53,672 bases of DNA from Shigella phage vB_Shi_2KOFFS. Position 1 is the first letter of the stretch; each line of letters starts with the position of its first letter. A program made the translations under genes and the position numbers. Under the pieces are notes generated by a model. That model saw only the letters and a list, made by a program, of their open reading frames with translations. It was not told the DNA's origin and did no database searches. Where the stretch lies: sequence record PV615261; one strand, 5' to 3'. Shown here one piece after another: positions 47,843 to 53,672 of this stretch.

Positions 47843-48202
47843 ATGAAACTTAAGTACATCATTATTTATACTTTAGCATTAATTGTTTTGGCGTTCTTCA
47901 GCTTTGAGTCTAAAGCGTCAACAAAGAACTTCAAATGTGGAGCATATGCTCTTGTAATTGATAACATCGGAGACAGCCAACCTCTGATTGCGTCAATAAT
48001 TCCTGAAGCTGGTGTTTGGATAGAGGTTCCAAGTGATGAACCCAATCCTGCAACAGTTTTGTTTTACAACATTAAAGATAGCAGGTTTGCTGCACTGTTT
48101 ATAAATCATGAAGATAAACTTGTACTTCAGATTTTCCGTGACGGAGACTTCCTCAAAGCAAACTACCCTATCTTATCCACCAGCTGTACGGAGAAGAAAT
48201 GA
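47843..48202 (+). CDS. secreted/periplasmic protein with N-terminal signal peptide
   Basis: MKLKYIIIYTLALIVLAFFSFESKAS signal-like N-terminus; ATG after GGAGGAATT. Confidence 0.5.
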   Translation: MKLKYIIIYTLALIVLAFFSFESKASTKNFKCGAYALVIDNIGDSQPLIASIIPEAGVWIEVPSDEPNPATVLFYNIKDSRFAALFINHEDKLVLQIFRDGDFLKANYPILSTSCTEKK

Positions 48203-48432
48203 CTTCAACCGAATTTACCATTGATGGAGTTCAATACCTGCTGGAATCTGATTGCGAATATCGCCATTGGACAGTAGTTCACGACCGAGTTGTAAAATAC
48301 TTGGAACGTGTAGGGAAGGAAACTGCTAAATCTATGTTGTTTGAGGCAACAGTTCTTGGAACAACCTCAATCAATAAAGAATTAGTGTCTTTCAAATTAA
48401 CCATTCACCCTAGCGGGAATAGCTTTCAATGA
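48199..48432 (+). CDS. hypothetical protein (77 aa)
   Basis: ATGA overlap. Confidence 0.45.
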   Translation: MTSTEFTIDGVQYLLESDCEYRHWTVVHDRVVKYLERVGKETAKSMLFEATVLGTTSINKELVSFKLTIHPSGNSFQ

Positions 48433-48704
48433 TTTCGATAGACCAAGTTCCAGTTGAACTAAGTAAGGCAAAAGGTAAGCTAGATGATGCCAAATCTGAC
48501 TTATCTACCTTTGATTTAAATGCTCCGGCCGATAAAGTTAAAGTTTTCATCGACTGTATTGACGGATGGGTGCTTGTTGAGCACGCAGTCCTTCGAGCAT
48601 TACTTGTTGATGAAGTTACCAAGGCTCAGGCATCATTTGATGAACTTGATAACCTCAACACACTGTTAAACAATACTTTAAACGATGCGTTAAAGGGTAA
48701 ATAA
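48429..48704 (+). CDS. hypothetical protein (91 aa)
   Basis: ATGA overlap. Confidence 0.45.
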   Translation: MISIDQVPVELSKAKGKLDDAKSDLSTFDLNAPADKVKVFIDCIDGWVLVEHAVLRALLVDEVTKAQASFDELDNLNTLLNNTLNDALKGK

Positions 48705-49117
48705 TGAATGTTAAGCTCGGTCAACGTTCTTTAGACCGACTTAAGGGAGTAAATCCTTCATTAGTTGCAGTTTTCAAACGAGCATGTGAAACCATGCCTT
48801 TTGATGTAACTGTTTTGGAAGGTTTACGCTCTTATGAACGTCAACAAGAACTGTTAAAACAAGGTGCAACCAAAGTTTCAGTAAGCCGACACATGTCTGG
48901 TAACGCTTTGGACATTGCACCATATCCAATTGACTGGAATGACCTCGAACGATTCAAAGTTTTAGCTCATCACATGTTCAAAGCTGCAAAAGAGCTTGGA
49001 ATTACCATTCGTTGGGGCGGGAACTGGAGCCGTATTGATGAAAATCAGCCGTATCCACCACTTGCACCAGGTAAGAAGAAGCTGATTGATATGCCCCACT
49101 TCGAACTTCCAGCATAA
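48704..49117 (+). CDS. peptidase M15 family cell-wall peptidase (zinc D,D- or L-Ala-D-Glu peptidase fold)
   Basis: Zinc-ligand pattern [13 protein letters not shown] plus C-terminal MPHFEL; 137 aa, no signal peptide. Confidence 0.65.
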   Translation: MNVKLGQRSLDRLKGVNPSLVAVFKRACETMPFDVTVLEGLRSYERQQELLKQGATKVSVSRHMSGNALDIAPYPIDWNDLERFKVLAHHMFKAAKELGITIRWGGNWSRIDENQPYPPLAPGKKKLIDMPHFELPA

Positions 49118-49137
49118 CTTCATCAATGGAGAATCCG

Positions 49138-49404
49138 ATGAATTATCAAGACATACCAGCAGAGATTCAGCATCACTATGCCCGTATAGATAAGGCAAAG
49201 AAAGAATTGCATCAAATGTCTGCGCTGAATCTAAGCGATGAAGTTCGATTAAATGCTTATATGGAGGTTGGAGAAACTTCCATGAAAATTAGCTTCAATG
49301 AGAAAGAAGCTATTATGCGGACGCTTATTAAAAATAGCGAGGAAAGATTAGTAAAACTTCGTAAAATACATAGTGCACTAACTGACACAATGGAGAGCAT
49401 ATGA
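49138..49404 (+). CDS. hypothetical protein (88 aa)
   Basis: ATG 49138. Confidence 0.45.
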   Translation: MNYQDIPAEIQHHYARIDKAKKELHQMSALNLSDEVRLNAYMEVGETSMKISFNEKEAIMRTLIKNSEERLVKLRKIHSALTDTMESI

Positions 49405-49943
49405 GCACCATTATCCAAGCAATAGAAAATCTTAAGTCCTGGCGTAGAGATGAAACCTTATTGGTTCGTTTCTACACAGGCGAAACTAATTCTGAATTTG
49501 TAGATGCGTGGATTGATGGCCTATCTTGGCGTCATTATGATTTCAACATGCGAGATTATTTGCATGAAGAATACGGCATTGAATATCCAGAAGACGGTAC
49601 ATACGACGTAATTGAATCAAACGAAGAAGATGTTACCGAAGTTTGCTTTGCCAACGGCCTATTCAGCATTCGTAAGTACGATAAGTTCAATGAGCTGCTT
49701 GTTGATACTGATTTGGATGTAATTCTTGCAGCATTCCGCAGTGGTGATATTGATATTTTCACTGTGGATGATTTGAACGATATGTTCATTACACGTTGTG
49801 ACTCAATTACAGAATACTTGAAGCAAAGTGAGTCACTGGATATTCCAGACCGCCTTGCACCATATATTGATTGGGATGCAATCACCAAAGATTATGGAAG
49901 TGACTACATCTTCTCTGAGGGAGTATTGTTCTTAAATGTCTGA
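49401..49943 (+). CDS. hypothetical strongly acidic protein (180 aa)
   Basis: Very high Asp/Glu content throughout. Confidence 0.5.
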   Translation: MSTIIQAIENLKSWRRDETLLVRFYTGETNSEFVDAWIDGLSWRHYDFNMRDYLHEEYGIEYPEDGTYDVIESNEEDVTEVCFANGLFSIRKYDKFNELLVDTDLDVILAAFRSGDIDIFTVDDLNDMFITRCDSITEYLKQSESLDIPDRLAPYIDWDAITKDYGSDYIFSEGVLFLNV

Positions 49944-50172
49944 CTTAAATATCAACTCAATAAAGCCAGAAGATATTCTCTTCCACCAGCCTCGTGGACA
50001 CTACTATCGAATTCTGTTTGCTACAAAAATTAAAACCCACTGCGGCAATTGGGTAGATGGGTTTGCTTACCAGGAAGTTAAGAAGTATGGAAATCATACT
50101 TTCTTGGGAATTAATTCGATAATTTATACAAGACCGAAGGAACTGTTTGATTCAGATTGGAAAGCAGTATAG
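49936..50172 (+). CDS. hypothetical protein (78 aa)
   Basis: ATG overlapping upstream gene end. Confidence 0.45.
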   Translation: MSDLNINSIKPEDILFHQPRGHYYRILFATKIKTHCGNWVDGFAYQEVKKYGNHTFLGINSIIYTRPKELFDSDWKAV

Positions 50173-50240
50173 TTCCAGGCTGTTCCGTCGAAGTGCCAAG
50201 CGGGTTTTGTACTCGCATTGGCCTTCGGCTTAATTCTGGG

Positions 50241-50258
50241 ACATTAGTAGAATTTGAT
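50241..50258 (+). promoter_or_regulatory. conserved promoter-like motif copy (degenerate)
   Basis: ACATTAGTaGaATTTGAt, preceded by TTAATTCTG shared with copy at 50381. Confidence 0.35.
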
Positions 50259-50380
50259 TCTGACCTCTTAGGGAAGAACTGCATTATACATCTATCGCCA
50301 AATGGGTGTCAAGCACTTTCTTAATTTATTTTATTTATTCTTATTATTCGTGCGGTTTGGAATAATGGAATAATTCTGAA

Positions 50381-50398
50381 ACATTAATTGGAATTGAC
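50381..50398 (+). promoter_or_regulatory. conserved promoter-like motif copy
   Basis: ACATTAaTTGGAaTTGAc, preceded by TTCTGAAACATTA as at 52345; 10 nt upstream of the structured element. Confidence 0.4.
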
Positions 50399-50408
50399 AA
50401 CATCAGAT

Positions 50409-50486
50409 AAGAGCTTTGTAACTAGGTAGTCCGTCTGGTACCAAGACGTGTGAGAACGTTCGATTCGTTCTACAAAGCTCTTTTCG
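50409..50486 (+). ncRNA. candidate small structured RNA with tRNA-like T-arm and acceptor-like stem, ending in a U-tract
   Basis: 12-bp closing stem 50409-50420/50471-50482; internal hairpins 50432-50448 (5-bp stem, 7-nt loop) and 50454-50470 GAACG-TTCGATT-CGTTC (canonical T-arm shape); no D-arm; followed by CTTTTC. Confidence 0.35.
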
Positions 50487-51031
50487 ATGGAATGTTTCCA
50501 TCATATACATTTATCTTTTAACATAGGCCAAAAGGCCGGAATACTTATTCGCAGAAAAGCTATTCACTTGTTATAGGCGATGTATTGGGATGAATTGGAA
50601 CTAAATAAGCAAGCTGTTAGGGCTGAATAATTAGAGGGTTATGCCTCATGCTTATGTTAGTCGTTCGAAAATAGGTTTGTGCCACAAGCTGCTGGTGCTC
50701 TGAGGAAGTCGGACAAACAGGGCTTAGAGTGGCATAATCCTCACAAAACCGCGCCACCAGCTATGCCAAAGCAGGTAGGTTGGGTGAATGTATTGGGAAG
50801 GGTTACAAAGCCTCTGTGACCTCCGTAGCTTGCCAGGCTGCGGTGCAGTTATGATACGCAGGTCGCACCCTAACGGGAGTAACCCTTCGCCAATGCAGTC
50901 ATCCAGAATTGACACAAACGGTAGGCAGTGGCCCGATTTTCGGCCTTCCTGCGCTGCCCTGTGGCCTGTTTCATGGGCCAAAAGATGAGAAGAGAAGTCA
51001 CAAACACTGAATCGAAAATTGGAGAGTTCCT

Positions 51032-51352
51032 ATGATTCGCAAGCATTCTGCTAAAGTTTTGACATTAAGAAATGTACTAATGTCTTCGCCAAGTGGGGAA
51101 GAGGAGGAAGAAACAATCCACTTCGTTCTCGTTGGCGGGCGTTGGTATTACAACGGGACCAATAACTTCACCGTAGGAATTTCGGAGAAAGATGGGTTCT
51201 GGAAGCACACTTTCAAAGACATACTCGAATGTAGTGCTAAATACACCCTTGCAGAAGTTAAGAAATATTTCTACTGCGGCCCAAACAAGTCCATGCAAAT
51301 CGCAACTCGCAATTGGACAACAAACCAACCAGTTTACGGAGTTCCATTTTGA
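51032..51352 (+). CDS. hypothetical protein (106 aa)
   Basis: ATG after GGAGAG. Confidence 0.5.
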   Translation: MIRKHSAKVLTLRNVLMSSPSGEEEEETIHFVLVGGRWYYNGTNNFTVGISEKDGFWKHTFKDILECSAKYTLAEVKKYFYCGPNKSMQIATRNWTTNQPVYGVPF

Positions 51353-51639
51353 ACTTACAAGACAAATCCAAAGAAGAGTTGATTGAGATTATCCAGAAGG
51401 AGCACGAACTCGCTGGCATCACAATCAACTATGAACTCCGGGCAATGCAAGCTGTTGCTTTGGGTCATGGTCTAATGGCTACACTCATTCATGCCAAGAA
51501 TGTGTTAGGCATTGACAACGAAAAATACCAAATTCTGGAGAAAGCTGCGCAAGAGCGGATTTCGCAGTGCTTGGTGACATTAGTTGATTTGGGAATCGAC
51601 GCAGAAACTGCGAACAAACGTATCCTACAAGGCCACTAA
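51313..51639 (+). CDS. hypothetical protein (about 96-108 aa)
   Basis: Start uncertain (TTG 51313 or TTG 51349 overlapping upstream stop). Confidence 0.4.
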   Translation: MDNKPTSLRSSILNLQDKSKEELIEIIQKEHELAGITINYELRAMQAVALGHGLMATLIHAKNVLGIDNEKYQILEKAAQERISQCLVTLVDLGIDAETANKRILQGH

Positions 51640-51640
51640 A

Positions 51641-52315
51641 ATGTCTTATCATGATGATGACAAAGAGATTGCACTATCAACGTGTAAGCAATGGCTCAAT
51701 GATAATGATGCCGTCTATCTTGCCAAGGAAGATGTTATCATTATGTGGGTCCATTTTAATCCAGAATCGAAGCGCGGTGAGTGGCAACGCTACAAGATGA
51801 AAGAGGCTTGTCGCATAATTAAAGCCACACGCGCTGGCTTCTCTGCTATGAAATACATCAAGCCAGAGATGCTAATGCTTGCTGCACAAGAAGAAGAACG
51901 TGCATATAAGCAAGCTGTTAAATCTCGTTCAACTGTTCCTCCAGAGTTCTTTAATTTGGAGCGCGCTGGACACTTCAACAATTTAGAAATGTTGACACTG
52001 TGCCTGTTGCAAGAATTAGTTGGAAGAGGACAAAACATTGAAGCTGTTTGTCTTGGAGAACTCATGAAAGAGTTGTTCTCGGCAAAGGGCTTTGCTGTGC
52101 CAAATCGAACTTTACGCTGGAAATTGTTGCGAGCAGTCGCACAAGAAGCTGGTGTAGTTGTTCGTGACAGAACAAACCGACTCACTGTAACTGGAGTTGG
52201 GCGTTTTGTAGCAATCCAGATTGAGGGTTATGACGAATCAATCATCACTGAACTCACTGTCGATGAGACAAAGGATTTAGTAAATAAAACACTAGAACGA
52301 TTCAATAGATATTGA
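51641..52315 (+). CDS. hypothetical protein (224 aa)
   Basis: ATG 51641 immediately after upstream stop. Confidence 0.5.
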   Translation: MSYHDDDKEIALSTCKQWLNDNDAVYLAKEDVIIMWVHFNPESKRGEWQRYKMKEACRIIKATRAGFSAMKYIKPEMLMLAAQEEERAYKQAVKSRSTVPPEFFNLERAGHFNNLEMLTLCLLQELVGRGQNIEAVCLGELMKELFSAKGFAVPNRTLRWKLLRAVAQEAGVVVRDRTNRLTVTGVGRFVAIQIEGYDESIITELTVDETKDLVNKTLERFNRY

Positions 52316-52344
52316 GTCGTTTGACGAATCAGAGCAGTTCTGAA

Positions 52345-52362
52345 ACATTAGTTGGATGTGGA
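52345..52362 (+). promoter_or_regulatory. conserved promoter-like motif copy
   Basis: ACATTAGTTGGATGTGgA, 77 nt upstream of 52439. Confidence 0.45.
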
Positions 52363-52438
52363 AAGAGAAAGGCTCTTTAATTTTATCTAAGTCACGTCAC
52401 CGTGGCGTGCAAAACTATTCAATATAAGGTATATACAA

Positions 52439-52777
52439 ATGGCTAAGATTGTAACCGTAACTCAGTACGAAGCTAACGATGGTTCCCTGTTCCTGACCGA
52501 AGCAGAGTGTAATGCACATGACTTCAAACTGGAAAACGGTGCTAAAATTGAGAAAGCTGCCGAAGCGTACCTGAACACCGTTGGCGCTATCGACCGTTCT
52601 CGCTCCATGCAGAAGAACACCATCGAGCAGTTCCTGGCATTCTACCTGCCGTGGGTTGAAGCTGGTGAGCCGGAAGTTGAGCGTACTAAGTTCGATACTC
52701 CGAAAGAAGCTAAAGTTGCTGATGCAGCTGTTTCCGAAGCTGCCGAAGCTGCTGTTGAAGAAGCTCCGGTATTCTAA
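52439..52777 (+). CDS. small acidic protein with highly optimised codon usage (112 aa)
   Basis: ATG after AAGGT; net charge about -11; codon usage like the capsid genes; flanked by promoter-like motif and downstream hairpin. Confidence 0.6.
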   Translation: MAKIVTVTQYEANDGSLFLTEAECNAHDFKLENGAKIEKAAEAYLNTVGAIDRSRSMQKNTIEQFLAFYLPWVEAGEPEVERTKFDTPKEAKVADAAVSEAAEAAVEEAPVF

Positions 52778-53672
52778 GTTGCCGATGGCAAACTTGAGAG
52801 ACTAGGCTAAATCGATCTGGCGTGCACTGGAAGTTTTCCGGTGCTGCCTTGAACCCATTCCAGAGTGAGTGGGCTTCAATGAGCATTCTTGTGATTAGAG
52901 TTGGGAGGTAGGCCGATGCCCAAGCTCATGGCCCAGACAAGAGTGTTCATTGAAGTAGTTTTCTGAGTCTTACGACGGGCCTAAACTGCCTGGAGTTATT
53001 GCGACTGTTTTATTCATTTAAAATAAATGCAAATGATTCTGAAATGCGAGTTGCGGCTTAATTAAATTTAAGTCCTCTCCGTGGTCTTCCAATCCCACGT
53101 AACCAAATTTGGCGCATTGTGGCTTCGAGATGTGATTAATAAATCGGAGCATTAATTAATTTGTATTCTGCGATGCAAAGCAGGCTTAAGTCCTCCAGTG
53201 CGCGTGGGGATGTGACAGAGTACAAACTTAATTATGCAGTTGGATATTTCTAGAGGACGGACGAGCACACTGGAATGTCTTCAATTGGTTTAGTGTGAGA
53301 AGCTATGCCAATTTGAAACGTAACTCCTTGAGGAAGTGCTCCTCTGGACTTCCCTCCACACAGGAATCTCAAGCCTGTGGCAGCGACTTCGAAGCTGCAC
53401 TGCGTAACCTAATTCACCCTAAAGTGAGTTGCCCTGAGCATGGAAATAAACTGCTCATAACCGATGGTATCTACAAAGGTAGATTAAATCAGGTTGCCTG
53501 TTGGTACTTGGGTTCAACACCTGCTTGCACTCGCAAAGTAGTGCCTCGTACCTGAGATGAAGTGAGTCGGGACCATCAATCCCACGTTATGTCAAAACAC
53601 AGTAGGCGACTCACAGATTCTACAAGCCTCGCAGTTCGGGAAAACCTGCGTTATCAAAACCCCCCCCCCACC

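Noticed and set aside
50724-50981. Reverse-strand 85-aa ORF and overlapping + strand 66-aa ORF in the GC-rich island
   Set aside because: Both arise from local GC-richness, lack ribosome-binding sites, and overlap each other; no other minus-strand gene exists in the genome.
1-53672. Direct terminal repeat (same sequence at both ends of the window)
   Set aside because: The first about 60 nt and the last about 900 nt share no obvious sequence, so a terminal repeat, if present in the virion DNA, is not represented in this window.

Overview
This window looks like a near-complete genome of a virulent tailed phage (about 53.7 kb) with every credible gene on the + strand; no integrase or repressor module was seen. 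Modules in order: small early ORFs and an HNH-AP2 homing endonuclease; a 1.1 kb non-coding stretch; a T7-like replication and nucleotide-metabolism block (ThyX-like, TOPRIM primase-helicase, family A DNA polymerase, flap endonuclease, ATP-dependent ligase, P-loop kinase, dUTPase, several HNH endonucleases); packaging and head genes (large terminase, portal, scaffold, a decoration-like protein with a frameshift-encoded Ig-like extension, major capsid protein); a contractile-tail-like module with Mu/P2-style baseplate and three fibre genes; holin plus a signal-peptide SleB-type hydrolase; a class Ia NrdB homologue; a short T7-like single-subunit RNA polymerase; and about 30 small early genes. 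Codon usage in the highly expressed genes is enterobacterial-like, which is inference only. The most unusual observations are: a 1223-aa protein at the tape-measure position that embeds a lambda-Exo/YqaJ-like nuclease domain and a lytic transglycosylase domain; a canonical -1 slippery site giving a 99-codon Ig-like extension; a roughly 17-nt promoter-like motif repeated at least nine times; a compact promoter / tRNA-like hairpin / U-tract unit; a small protein ending in the SSB C-terminal motif DIPF; and about 4.5 kb of repeat-rich non-coding DNA in five blocks. All calls rest on reading the translations and sequence by eye; no database search or folding program was run.
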